Positions 50,760 to 64,000 of a DNA stretch of 64,000 nucleotides are shown here, in pieces. The position numbers were made by a program, and so were the translations under genes. The notes under the pieces are model-generated. The model was not told the DNA's origin, did not search any database, and saw only the letters and a program-made list of their open reading frames with translations. The stretch comes from Azolla caroliniana (taxonomy: Eukaryota > Plantae > Polypodiophyta), in assembly GCA_043228905.1 (NCBI GenBank), contig JBHGNT010000009.1:9920001-9984000 (forward strand). Direction: 5' to 3'. Numbering within the stretch: the stretch's first letter is position 1; each line of letters opens with the position of its first letter.

Positions 50760-51642
50760 TGCTGAGAGACAAGCTCAACATGAAGTTGGACCGGCTAAAG
50801 GATTGATGGAAGAAGCTGATAGCCGGATCAACTGGAGGCTAGATACCTCATCAGATGAAGAAGCCGATAACTAGATCGACGGGGAGAGCTGGCAGACCGT
50901 TAGGGCATACATTGCTATGTTTAGCAATAGGTATAGTCAATGTTAGATGCTCTTATGTGAGCATTGAAGTACTTGTCAGTCCTTTGGAGGATTTGTATAA
51001 AAGGTGCTCAGTGAGCACATCATCTTGTACAGAGTGCTATTATTTTGAATTAAGTTTCTTTTGTCTACTTTCTTTGTCTCTCACTCACGGTGTGTCTTGT
51101 ATTCCCAAGATGCATAGATGCACTACCCATTCCTTTGTCCATATTCCTGTCTTCTACTGGTTTGCTTGGTTTGTGTTAGAAGTTTTGTTGGTTGCAGAGG
51201 ATTCTTCTAACCCTCGCACTCTGATACCATGTAAAGAAAAAAGATGTGGAAGCTCAAAGATAGGCACAACCGGCTGAGTTGGACAACATAGTATGACAGA
51301 CAGTTAGTATAATATAGAGATGGAGATTTAGGGACAAAGAGAGCGTGCAAGTATACACAAAACAACAGAGATAACTATCTCAAAAAGAGTCAACACGTAC
51401 AATGTGCTCACAGAGCACCATATATACAAGCAGTACTGACACAGTACTTAAAATGCTCATTCATGAGTTGTGATATCTGATAAACCTAAATTATGATTCC
51501 TAAGACTATTCTAAGAAAACTAGGTCCTAACGACTCTACGTCCTTTCGGCCCTATTGACCTATCAACCCTTATAACTTCTAGCCAATCTGGCTTTCAGCT
51601 TCTTCAGCTGGTTTGACTTTATGTTGAGCTTGTCTCTCAATA
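50760..51642. repeat. Two convergent family B-like LTRs: 50760-~51190 (+) and 51230-51642 (-, with PBS 51219-51229)
   Basis: GAGAGACAAGCTCAACA at 50764 and its reverse complement at 51622-51638. Confidence 0.7.
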
Positions 51643-51672
51643 TATCTCTATCTCTGCCCTAACTTGTTTTCC

Positions 51673-51675
<3 letters not shown>

Positions 51676-51731
<56 letters not shown>
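51676..51731 (+). repeat. (CA)n microsatellite
   Basis: About 27 CA units. Confidence 0.95.
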
Positions 51732-51733
<2 letters not shown>

Positions 51734-52024
51734 TTAACACACGCGTGATATTCGAATTCAAGAATACGAAATGGCCCCAAGAATATTATAAAACTATTCC
51801 TTTTGCAAAATTAATATAAATATTATTTATTTATTTTATTTCTAAAAAATATATATATATATTTAATTCACTAAAAAAAGAACAATAATCCATTAATCAA
51901 TTATAAAAATATGATTAGTATTAAGTCTCCTTTAGTGTCATATAAAGAAGAGGGGAGTTTTTTAACCTTTATTTGATTGATTGATTTATTATTTTAAAAA
52001 ATGAATATTTTTATATTTATTATT

Positions 52025-55000
52025 TGTAAAAACAAATAGCGTGTGGAAGCAATAAGAAATAGAAAACAGAGAATAGGTTTAATGGAGAGCTTAACAGTAC
52101 GCGGGAGAGACAGAGAGAGCAAAAAGAGAATCACTATTCCAAAAATTATATCAACACTCTGTACATAGTATGTGTTTAGCGAACACTTTTATACAAGTCC
52201 ATATGGACTGACAGAAGTACGGTGTACTTCAATGCTCACTCGAGCGTGTGACACTAACTACGAGAGTAATAACTCCATAGTAGTCTAGCTGCTACTAGGC
52301 TTCCGGTTACTGATGGATCTGGCTAACCGGCTCCCCAGCTCATCGGGTGCTCACTAGCTCACTGATCCGCCTCGCTCACCGGCTCAAGCTTATTCAGCCG
52401 ATCCGGTTCCAATTGAGCTTGCCGCTCAACACTCCCCCTCAAGCTCAACTTGAGGTCCGGTCGTAGTGTCAACGTCTGTGGCAACCGGTCCTTCTACCCG
52501 GCTCCTTCTAGCGTCACTCCGCCTTGCTCGCGCTCCTCGTCCGGTCCGGTTCTATTTGCCACGACCCCTCTTGTTCTACGCACCTCGACCTCCTCGGTCG
52601 GCTTGTTTGCTCAACATGCCTAATTCAGCTCCCTCGTTGCTGTGACTTCAGCGCATGCCGGTTCGCCGATTCCTTCCTGTTGGCATCGACTTTCGCTGCC
52701 TTCTCGTCCTCTTGGCCATGAATTGATCCGGTTCTTCCGAATTTGTCTGTTGAACCGAATCGACTGTCTCTAATTCGTTCCAGCTCTTGTTCGAATCGGT
52801 TGCTCCCGATTTGTCTTCTGGTTCTAGGCCCTTCACCACATCGGACCATGTCCGAGTATTGGCCTTCTTCTTCCGGTCGACTCTGTCCTTCTTGACTCTG
52901 CCGCCGCTGCAGCTTGTTCTGACTTGTTCGGATGTGTCGACTTTCTTTGTCGACTCGACTCCTTTCTTCTTCTTGACTCTCCCTTTATGGGTTCTTCCCT
53001 CACCGGCGCATGCGGCAGTCTCTTTGCCTTTGCCCGTTCCGGTGTTTTGGCCCGTACTCCCCCTCAAGTGTGGCACGTCGAGATGCTGAACACCAAGCAT
53101 TTCGGTGAAGTGCTGCAACTTGTCCGATCCGAGTGGTTTGGTGAAGATGTCGGAAACTTGCCGATCTGTGTGAACATACCGAAGTTCGACCTCACCGCTC
53201 AAGACACGCTGACGCACAAAGTGATAGTGCACTTCTATGTGCTTTGTGCGAGCATGGAATACGAGGTTATTGGCAAGTTGCATGCTGCTTATGTTGTTAC
53301 AGTAGATCAGAATTGGGGTCGGTACCTCGATCCGTAGGTCTTGCAGTAGTCGCCGAAGCCAAATGGCTTCACAGGTGGCAATGGTAGCGCCTCGATACTC
53401 AACCTCAGTGCTCGACAGAGCAACTGTTGGCTGCTTTTTGCTGCTCCACGCCACAACCGCGCTACCTAGGGAAAACATGTAACCAGAGGTTGATTGGTGA
53501 TCTGATGCATCGCCGGCCCAGTCGACATCTGTGTAACCGACCAGCTCTTCGGTTATACCTCGCTGGTATAATAGTCCCCGGTCCTTCGTGCCGCTCACAT
53601 ACCGCAGTATTCGGTGCGCGCACTGAAGATGCTCTATGGTCGGCTTCTGCATGAATTGGCTAATCACACCGACCGGATAGCTGATGTCGGGTCAGGTGAT
53701 GGTCAAATATATAAGGCTGCTTCCGACAATTTGTCGGAACCGTTTCTCATCGCAGGCCGGTCCGGAGTCGCGATAGAGATTCTGGTTCCGGTCTAGGGGA
53801 GTAGAGATAGGTCGTCATTCCGTCATGCCGAACTTGTACAACATATTCAACACATAGTGCCTTTGTGAGAGCAATATTCCGTCAGGGGTTCGGATCACCT
53901 CAATCCCAAGAAAATAATGAAGGTCCCCCAGGTCCTTCATCTCAAACGCATCCGACAACTGGGACTTGACTCGACAACGCATCTCATGCACAGACACCTT
54001 GTCACCGATCCGGTTTTGGATTTAGACGGCCGTCTGGACCGCCTCCGCCCAGTAGAAATGGGGCATGCTCTTCTCTTCCAACATTGCCCTTGCCGCGTCG
54101 ACAAGCGACCGGTTCTTCCTTTTGGCCACACCATTTTGCTCCGGTGTGTATCTGCTGCTGAACTCTCTCTGAATTCCTGTTTGCTGCAGATAACTATTGA
54201 ATTGGCCGGAAAAGTATTCTTTTCCGCCATCTGACCGTAGGCACTTGATTTTCCTCTCCAATTCCCGTTCCACCATGCTCTGGAGGTTCCGGAAACAGTC
54301 GAAGACTTCGGTCTTCCACTCAACGAGGTAGATTCATGTGTGCCAGCTATAGTCGTTGATGAAGGAGACGAAGTATCGACTCCTGCTAAGACTCACATTC
54401 TGTGCCGGTCCCCATACATCCGAATGAATAAGGTCGAGCTTGTTACGGCTACGGTTTTGTTCGGCGGGGAATGGAAGCCGGTGTTGCTTCCCGAGTTGGC
54501 AGGCTTCACATACTTGGGCCTTCCAGCCACTAAACTTCGGCAAACCGAAAACAACTTGTTTCGTTTGCAAGTCTTGAAGCTGCCGGTAATTGACGTGGCC
54601 GATCTGCTTGTGCCACAGGTCGATGTCCGATTCAACCTTCTGTCCTTTGGCAAACAAAGCGGTGCCAACATCATTGGTGTCGAGGATGAACATCCTCCCA
54701 TCTCTGCGCCCTTGTGCGATAATCCGGCCCTCCTCGATGAAGCACCCGAGGTGCGTAAACCGCACCTGCATTCCCTAGTCGACGATCTGTTCGACCGACA
54801 CTAGGTTCTTCGTGATAGTTGGAACGTGTAATACGTTCATCAACTTCCCCCTCTATCCGACGTGGCTCAGGGGAACTTCTCCGACATACACGATTGGGTG
54901 AGGAGTGTCGTCTCCAGTTTCGACAACTCTCGGTTGTTCCGGTTTCTCCAAGAAGGAGAATCACTCTTTGTGGTTCGTCATGTGATTTGATGCACCGGAA

Positions 55001-57245
55001 TCAACGTACCACACTTCCTCTGATTTGGAAGTGGTCTTCTTCATCGAGTTAGCCTCGTGTTTCATCACCAAGGCTGGCCCCTTACCGGTCTTCCCGGTTC
55101 CGGATCCTTTTGATCCTTGCGCGTAGTGCGAGCTTTGCCGGTTCTCCCGATTGGTTTTGCCGGATCCAGATCTGTTCGAATCGGCGTGCTTCTTCCAGCA
55201 CTCGCTTTCTCTGTGGCCCTTTTTGCCATAGTACCAACATTCCGTGGCGGCTTTGTCTTGCCGGCCTTCGGCTCCACCTTGACTCCCCCTGCTTGTGTGA
55301 GGACTACACACTCCGAAAACAATGCTCAGTCACAACCGAGTCTGGGATCAAACACAGAAAAACGGGTAATGTACGCACGACATAGTAAAGAGAAGAGTAC
55401 ACAGGATGTTTACGTAGAAAACCCAAACACGGAAAAACCACGGCAGTCCACAGACTGCAAACTATCACTATGTTACAATATACAATAGATGAACACAAAG
55501 GCAACGACCTCTTGTTCACTGTCTTCGTCACAGGTGGCGGTTACAACAGAGACAACGTCCTCTTCGTCTCTCACTCTCTCTGTACATGGCTGCACTCAAA
55601 TCTTGCACCAACAAGAATGACAACTGCTATACACTAAGTTTGCCCTAAGTCATATTTATACTAATATGACTTTCCGGCTATTTACAAATATAGCCCCAAT
55701 GGACTCTCAGAAACATATTTACGAATATGTCCCTTCATCCGGTGAGCACTCCTCACCGGGCTTGCATCATCCGGCTCTTGCCGGGCACTCGTCATCCGGT
55801 TCTCACCGGGCCTTCCTTGCCGGGCACTCGTCATCCGGTTCTCACCGGGCCTTCCTTGCCGGGTACTCGTCATCCGGCTCTCACCAGGTCTTCCTGTTGT
55901 CGGGTACTCGACATCTGGATTCGGCCAAGGCCTATCGGCCTCGACCGAGTTGCTCATCAACACTGTTCCTCTCACTTCCTATCCGGAGGGACATGTTTCC
56001 TAACAGCTTGTGGACGTCCTGGAACTGCTGTCGGCACGGTCTCTGTGTCGTCGGTCTTTCCCTTGCAGGTCGCCTCCATTGCGTGCTGACCCGCCTTGTC
56101 CACCACGCCCACGGGGCAAATCCGCCTCCGTGTACAACATCTGGCTGTCGGTGGGTGCACTTGTTGACGCATCGGCGTGGTTCTCCTCTACAAGGAGCAT
56201 CAACTGTTAGTCGAAAAATGACGGCGTATTCTCCCTCGTACATACTGCTGTCCGGAAAGCTCAGAACTTAGACGCCAGGCCCCCAAGACAAACTTGTACT
56301 ATCTCGTCTTCCTCTACCGTGACGTTGATAGAGGCAAGCGAGTCACAAATCTCTTTGATTCGGGCCGTGTAATCAGCCACCGACATGTCCTTCTGTCGGA
56401 CATTGCTCAACTCCTGTCGGAGTTGCAGCTTCCAGGTTGTAGTGTTTGCGGCGAACACCTTCTTCAGGTTTCCCCAAGCCTCTTTCGACATCTTGGCATC
56501 TCGGACGTTGCTCAGCATCTGGTCTCCGACACTGGACTCAAAGCAGTACATCACTCTGCTTGCCGATTGTTCCCACACTGGGAAGTCCTTGTGTGCCGCA
56601 TCAGGTGATGTGTCGTTAGCTCCGTCGACATAGCTCCAGTAACCATGCCCAAGTAGGTACTGGTGCATCTTGTATGACCAGGATGCGTAGTTGGATCTGT
56701 CGAGCTTCTCCACCGGAAGCGAGCTAGCCATTCCTCTATCCATTTTTTTTTTCTTCTTCTATTCTTTACAAAGGTTAGGTTTTCTTCTTGCGAAAGCGAA
56801 TGTCGGCTGCAGAGGTTCTCAACCCTCGCGCTCTGATACCATGTAAAAACAAATAGCGTGTGGAAGCAATAAGAAACAGAAAACAGAGAACAATACGCGG
56901 GAGAGACAGAGAGAGTAGAAAGAGAATCACTATTCCAAAAATTATATCAACACTCTGTACATAGTATGTGTTCAGCGAACACTTTTATACAAGTCCATAT
57001 GGACTAATAGAAGTACGGTATACTTCAATGCTCACTCGAGCGTGTGACACTAACTACGAGATTAATAACTCCCTAGTAGTCTAGCTGCTACTAGGGTTCC
57101 GGTTACTGATGGATCCGGCTAACCGGCTCCCCAGCTCACCAGCTCTTTGCTCACAGGGTGCTCACCAGGTGCTCACTGATCCGTCTTGCTCATCGGCTGA
57201 GGCTTATTCAGCCGATCCGGCTCCAATTGAGCTTGCCGCTCAACA
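52025..57245 (-). mobile_element. Copia family B element with both LTRs, internally deleted
   Basis: LTRs 52025-52431 and 56842-57245; TSD TTATT at 52020-52024 and 57246-57250; PBS 56830-56841; PPT 52432-52440; integrase core fused to late RT near 53980. Confidence 0.93.
55296..56005 (-). mobile_element. Copia family A solo LTR inserted in the family B gag
   Basis: TG...CA ends; TSD GCTTG at 55291-55295 and 56006-56010. Confidence 0.92.
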
Positions 57246-57914
57246 TTATTGAAATATAAATAGTGTGAAGTCCTATTTTTAATGTCAAATAAAATATCCA
57301 TAAAATTGAGAGAATAAAATGTGGGGAATTAAAGAATCTTTATTTTATTTTATTTTATTTATTAAAAATAAAACAAATAATTTTACATTTATTACAAAAC
57401 TTTATTAGTGTCACGTCCCTTTTTTATATCTCGGAAACTAAAAAGGAAGGAACTTAGGAATCTTCATTCTTTCTTTTTAACGAATGTTTTTCATGCATTT
57501 GTTTGGAAACCCCCACGAATGCGAATATGTCAATCTCTGTGTCGATCAGACCTGTCTTCAGCTAGCAAGCAATGAGTTTTTCCATAGATAAAATCTTTGT
57601 GTAAAGAATCAAGAGATGGATTCTGTGCAACGGAATAGATATGAACTGTGTGTGTGTATGAGAGAGAGAGTGAGAGTGAGAGAGACAAGGAGTAAGACAC
57701 AGAGAATATGCAAGTTAAAGTATATTAACAAACGAGAAAGACTCAACATTTTACAAGGTGGGTGGAGGGTGCTTTATATAGTCACCCTGTCTCTTCATTA
57801 ACTACAAGACTCATGCAGCATGGGGAATGTGAAAGCTCATAAGCATAGATTGACATATTCGCATTCGTCGGGTTCCCCATACGAATGCAAACGAATACGA
57901 ATACGAATGGGTAG

Positions 57915-59365
57915 ATTGACGATGGTACGGACCGTAATTGCGCTTGCCGCGGCGAAAGAGTGGCACCTCCATCAAATGGACGTTGAGAACGCCTTTCTAC
58001 AAGGAGAATTAGAAGAGGAGGTGTATATGATACAACCACCCGGGTTTAACTCGAGCACCCATCCGAAAGTTGTATGCCGACTCAAGAAGCCACTCTACGG
58101 CCTCAAGCAAGCACCATGTGCTTGACATTCGAAGATAACGCAATATCTTCATCAAATCAGCTTTCGTATGTCAAAATCGGACAACTCCCTCGACATACGA
58201 AACGATTCTGCAAGTCCGATCGTCATCATCTTATATGCGGATGACCTAGTCATTGGAGGTGAGCATCTCGTCGAAATCAATAAGGTCAAATCCCTCCTTT
58301 CCGACAAGTTCGAGATGACGGACATGAAGGAGCTCCACTACTTCCTCGGCATCGAGGTAATTCGGACTCCGGCCGGAATCATGATCTCTCAACGGCACTA
58401 CATCCTCGACTTGTTATACAAGTTCAGGATGGCTGAGTGCAAATCCGCGGCAACCCCGCTCGATCGCAATCTCAAACTAGATGCGAACTCCGGCACCAAA
58501 GCATGTGAGCCGACTCAATATCGACAACTCATCGGGAGTCTCATCTACCTCACGACCACTCGATCTGATCTCAGTTATCCGGTCGGTCTCCTTAGTCAAT
58601 TCATGCAAACACCGCGTGATAGAGTTTTACGATACGTGAGCGGCACAATGGATTGTGGCATCCTCTACAAGACCGCGCTGCCAATACGACTCGAGGGGTA
58701 CATAGACGCAGATTGTGCCGGCTATAAAGCCGATAGAAGATCAACCTCCGGATTTGTTTTTTTCCTTGGCAGTGGAGCAATATCCTAGAGCAGCAAAAAG
58801 CAACCAACTGTCGCTCTTTCGGGCACAGAGGTGGAATACAGGGGCGCGGCAATGGCCGCATGTGAAGCCGTATGGCTCAAAAGGATACTCAAGGATCAGG
58901 GCGTACACATCAAGGATCGAACTTCCCTTTACTGCGACAACATGAGCAGTATCTATCTGGCTCAAAACCCGGTGTTCCACGCGCGAACAAAGCACATGGA
59001 AGTGCACTATCACTTCATCCGAGAGCGCGTTCTAGTTGGCGATGTCGACCTACAACACATTAGCACAAATCTTCAAACGGCCGACATCATCACTAAAGCC
59101 TTAGGAGCCGACAAGCTATGGCAATTCATGACCGATCTCAGATTGACGATCCCTAATCTGCCAAGCTTGAGGGGGAGTACTGAAGACACTATGCAATAAC
59201 GTGTGGATTCCGCACACTACGCAATAACGTGTGGATTTCGCAACCACGCAACGAAGCCGCGAAGAGCCGATCTACCGTGCAAAGCGACTCAGCCGATCGA
59301 GCAAACGTTGGAGTGTCTATTCACTCTCAAGGTGAGTTCACACACTAGACCAAGTTGAGCTTGAT
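57915..59365 (+). pseudogene. Copia family B RT/RH fragment with 3' region
   Basis: [34 protein letters not shown]. Confidence 0.85.
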
Positions 59366-59808
59366 TCTCAACACGCCCCCTCAAGCTCAAGTCGTGTCGG
59401 TTTCAGACGGTATCCGAAATCCGCTTTGACTCACGTTCCGGAGTCCGCGTCAACTCGCATTTATGCGGAGTTGCGGAATCCGTGCTCCAGCTTGTGTTGT
59501 GCGTAGTTGTGAAGTCTGTGCTTCGGCTTGTATGTTTCTTCGTAGCTTTGCGCGGTAGATCAGCTCTTTGCGGCTTCGTTGCGCGGTTGCGGAATCCATG
59601 CGTTATTGCGTAGTGTCTTTAGTACTCCCCCTCAAGCTTGGCAGGTCAGGGATCGTCAATCCGAGATCGGTCATGAATTGCCATAGCTTGTCGACTCCTA
59701 AGGCTTTAGTGAAGATGTTGGCCGTTTGAAGATTTGTGTTAATGTGTTGTAGGTCGACATCGCCAGCTAGAACGCGCTCTCGGATGAAGTGATAGTGCAC
59801 TTCGATGT
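59366..59808 (-). pseudogene. Inverted Copia RH end, PPT and LTR stub
   Basis: IEVHYHFIRERVLAGDVDL...PSLRGS; CTCAACACGCCCCCTC at 59367. Confidence 0.8.
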
Positions 59809-62011
59809 AATACATTCAAATGTATGGGGACCATCCCAAACGGCAACAGTCGGTGGTTGTCGATACTATGTGACGTTCATTGACGACTTCTCCAAGCACA
59901 CCTGGATATTCCCAATGTGACAGAAGAGGGAAGTGTTCTTGCCATCGATCGGATGGTGGCAAGGAGTATTTCTTCGATGCCTTCACAACATACCTTCGTC
60001 AAGAAGGAATTTGGCGGGAGTTTGCCTGTCGACACACACCTCAGTAGAACGGAGTAGCCGAATGAAAGAACTAGCATATACTCGTGGTGACAAGTGCAAT
60101 GATGAACTAGCATATACTGGGCTGAAGTGGTGAACACGGCTATCTATCTAATGAATCGTTGCACAACATCCAGAGTGCATGATGTCACCCCCCACGAGAA
60201 GTTTTATGGAAAGACGCCGGATCTATCCCACGTTAGGATATTCGGATTGATTGTGTACGCACATATTCCTGACGAGAAGCGGTAGAAGCTCGACCCAAAA
60301 TTGGAGAAGTGTATCCTTGTGGGGTACTCGCTCGAACAAAAGAGGTATAAGTGCTTCAACCCCTCTATCAAGAAGGTACGAGTAGGGATGTCGTATTCGA
60401 CGAGTCGGCATCTTGGTACACAATCAACCTAGCTCCATCCAATCCAAATGAAATCGATTTCGATATAGAATTGGAGGATGATGATCTACTAAGACTCACA
60501 CCAGAGGCGAGTCCCATCTCAACCAGGTTGAGTGGACCACAGGAGCCTCCAAACAACCAAAGCACGTCGCAGCCAAGTCCGAAACTGGACAAAGGGAATG
60601 CCAAAATGCCTGAGTATGAAGACTCAGATGGAAATGAATGGGCTCACTCACTCACTTGAGAGTGAGTATGGTGGATTGGATGTACCTATCATGAGGACAT
60701 CAGGAGCCGAGAAAGCGTTCACGAAAACAAGTGAACAACCACGTCGGTCCACTCGAGAGAAGAACGTAGTCAGCTGATTTAGCTACAATGACTATATGGC
60801 ATATCATTATGTATTCATGATGAAGGTGGCGACAGTTCAAGAGCCAAAAACTTTTTCCGAAGCCGCGAAGGACCCGCAATGTGTGGAAGCGATGAATGAG
60901 GAGATGCAAGCACTCTCCAAAAACGAGACATGGGATCTCATCCCCTCTTCATGCCATCAAGAAGGCAATTGGATGCCGATGAATATTCAAGGTGAAGCAC
61001 AATGTCGACAGCTATGTCAATCGGCAAAAGGCTATGCGTAGACACATGGAGTTGATTATGAAGAGACCTTTGCCCCGGTGGCAAAGATGACAACCATCTA
61101 AACCATGATCACGCTTGCAACAGCCAAAGGGTGGCATCTCCATCAAATGGACGTCAAGAATGCCTTTCTCCAAGGCGAATTAGATGAGGAGGTGTACAAG
61201 GTACAACCACCCAGATTCAAGTCGAGTATGCATCCAACTGTTGTCTGCTGACTCAAAAAGCCTCTCTTCGGTCTAAAGCAGGCACCCAGAGCATGGCATT
61301 CGAAGATAACCCACTAACTTTACCAAATCAGCTTTAAAATGTCCAAGTCCAACAATTCTCTGTTCATCCAGAACGACTCTAGAGGATAACTATTCATCAT
61401 AATTTATGTGGAAGACTTGGTCATTGCAGGAGAGCACATCAGGGATATCAAACATACCAAGAAGCTACTCTCTAGCCGATTCAAAATGAAAGACATGAAG
61501 GAGATCCATTACTTTCTAGGTATAGAATTAATTCGGACTCTTGACGGCATCGTGATCTCCCAATGACACTATATCCTTAATTTGCTCTTCAAGTTTGGGA
61601 TGACAAAGTGTAAGCCCCTCACTACCCCCCTCAATCGAAATCTAAAGTTAGATGTCAATTCCGGCACAGAAGAGTGTGAGCCGACAATGTCAAAAGACAA
61701 TATCATTACTTGGGCCGACCTTAGCTACCTGGTCGGCCTCCTTAGCCAGTTTATGCAGACACCACAAAACATTCACCTAAACTGTGCTAAGCAAGTGTTA
61801 CGCTCAGTATGTGGACAATGGATTTCGGCATTCTCTTCAAATCGGCCACACCGATTTGACTTGAACGGTACACTGATGCTGATTAGGCTGGCTACAAAGC
61901 CAACAAACAATCAACATCGGGATTCTTCTTCTCCCTCGGCAACAGAGCCATATCGTGGAGCAGTTCGAAGCAGCCAATAGTCACACTGTCGAGCTCAAAG
62001 GCCTATTATAG
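59809..62011 (+). pseudogene. Degraded Copia IN-RT-RH
   Basis: Integrase, EPKTFSEA, LHQMDVKNAFLQG and IYVEDL remnants with many stops. Confidence 0.82.
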
Positions 62012-64000
62012 TGTTGCGCGGACAAGCTCAATCGGATCCGGATTGGCCGAACAAGCCGGATTAGAGTCCAGAATGAAGAACCGGATCAGAGTTTGGATGG
62101 TATTCGGAACCAAGAGCCAGATTGGATTGTAACCGGTAGGCTGTTAGAGACCTTTGAATCTAGCCTAGTACGTATGCATATTTTTAGGAGTCAGTGTCAC
62201 TCGCTCGTATGAGCATTGAAGTACTTGTCGGTACTTATGTCAGTCTTTTCATGGACTTGTATAAAAGTGTTCACTGAGAACATTGTATGTACAGAGAGTT
62301 ATTAGTTTGAATTGAGTTTTTTTCTGTTCTACTCTCTCTGTCTCTCCCGTGTATTCAAGCTTTCCATTAAACCTCCATTCTGTGTTTTGTTGTTTTCCGG
62401 ACTAGCTGGTTTTGTCTTTGCTTCCACACATTATCTTTTACATGGTATCAGAGTGCGAGGGTTGAGAACCTCTGCAGCCGACGAGTGATTTTAGAAGACA
62501 AACCCTAACACACGGTAGAGAACAAAAAAAAAAGGTTAGAATGGACAGAGATATGGCTAGCTCGCTCCCGACAGAGAAGCTCGATAGATCCAACTACGCA
62601 TATTGGTCGTACAAGATGCACCAGTACCTGCTCGGGTATGGCTACTAGAGTTATGTCAATGGAGCTAATGATATGGCACCTGATGCAGCACACATGGACT
62701 TCCCAACTTGGGAACAAGCGGCAAGCAGAGTTATGTAGAAGATTAGTTGTTGAGCCATATCCGGGACGCCAACACGCCGAAGGAAGCTTGGGAAAACGTA
62801 AAGAAGGTTTTCGCCGCAAGCAACACACCCCGGAAGCTGCAACTCCACCAGAATTTGAGCAATGTCCGATAGAGGGACGTGTCTGTGGCTGATTACACGG
62901 CCCGAATCAAAGACATATGTGACTCACTTGCCTCTATTAATGTGACCGTTGAGGAAGATGAAATGATGTAGGTCTATCTTGAGGGCCTAGTGTCGAAGTT
63001 CGGAGCATTTTAGATGACAGTCTGTAGAAGGGAGAATACCCCCTCATTTTTTGACCTACAGTCGATGCTCCTAGTTGAGGAGAACCACGCGGGTGCATCA
63101 ACGAGTATGTAAACCGACAACAATATGTTGTACATGGAGGCGGAGAGGTCCCGTGGTCGTGGCAGACGAGGCAGGTCGGCATGCGGTGGAAGCGGTTGAC
63201 AAGATCATAACCGAAGGCACGAGGATGGTGTCGACAATAGTTCCGGACCCTCCACAAGCAGGGGGAGTCAAGGCAGTGTCGGGAGCTGGCGAGAGAAGAC
63301 CGTGACAGACTATTGGTATTGTGGCCAGAAGGGCCACAAAGAGAGCGAATGATGGAAGAAGCACGCCAATTCGGGCAATTCCGAATATGGAAAGGTCGGT
63401 CGAGGAAGCCTACAAAGGTCGCACTACGCTAAAGAGCCAGAAAAATCCAATTCCGAAGATGGATCTGGCCTAGCCTTTGTGATGAAACACAAGGCTAATT
63501 CAATGAAGCCAAGCACTTCGAAACCGAATGAGATATGGTATGTTGATTCTGGAGCATCAAGCCATATGACAAGCCACGCGGAGTGGTTTTCTTACCTAGA
63601 GAAACCGAAACAACCGGGGGTCGTCGAAACCGGCGACGATACTCCACATACCATCGGGCATGTTGGTGAAGTTCCAATTAGCCATGTTGGGCAGAAGGGA
63701 AAGTCGATGAACGTCATGCACGTCTCGACAATCACGAAGAATCTGGTGTTAGTTGGACAGATTGTTGACCAAGGGATGCAGGTTCGGTTCACACATCTCG
63801 GGTGTTTCATCGAAGAAGAGGGAAAAGTCATCGCGCAAGGGCGCCAAGACGGGAGGATGTTTATCCTCGAAACGAATGATGTTGGCACCGTTATGTTTGC
63901 AAAAGGGCAGAAGGTCGAGTTGTACATCGACCTATGGCATAAGCGGATCGACCACATCAACTTTCGGAAACGCTTCACGAGCTGCAATCGAAACACATGG
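62012..64000 (+). mobile_element. Copia family B element, 5' part (LTR 62012-62442, PBS 62443-62453, degraded gag-PR), runs off the window
   Basis: TG...CA LTR similar to 6512-6985; TGGTATCAGAG; gag EKLDRSNYAYW; WYVDSGASSH. Confidence 0.88.

Overview
Eukaryotic land-plant nuclear DNA (repeat families and gene style suggest a fern or other non-seed plant; this is inference). The window is mostly nested LTR retrotransposons: Ty1/Copia families A and B, a Ty3/Gypsy 'D' inserted in a Copia LTR, and a young intact Ty3/Gypsy 'E' inserted in D. It also holds LINE remnants, tandem repeats and one intact host gene (DUF688-like, 33066-35087, minus strand). The standout is at 1-1216: three separate ORFs join through two canonical GT-AG introns into an uninterrupted bacterial-type beta-class amino (N4-cytosine/N6-adenine) DNA methyltransferase. 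Its 3' flank ends abruptly inside a Copia protease region, which suggests the gene is cargo of an inserted mobile element. Element E carries a candidate -1 ribosomal frameshift signal (GGAUUUU plus a predicted pseudoknot) between protease and RT, a tRNA-Trp primer site and a 4-bp CCGG TSD. Element D carries a ~900-codon extra ORF downstream of pol. All coordinates and counts were made by eye; no database search was run.
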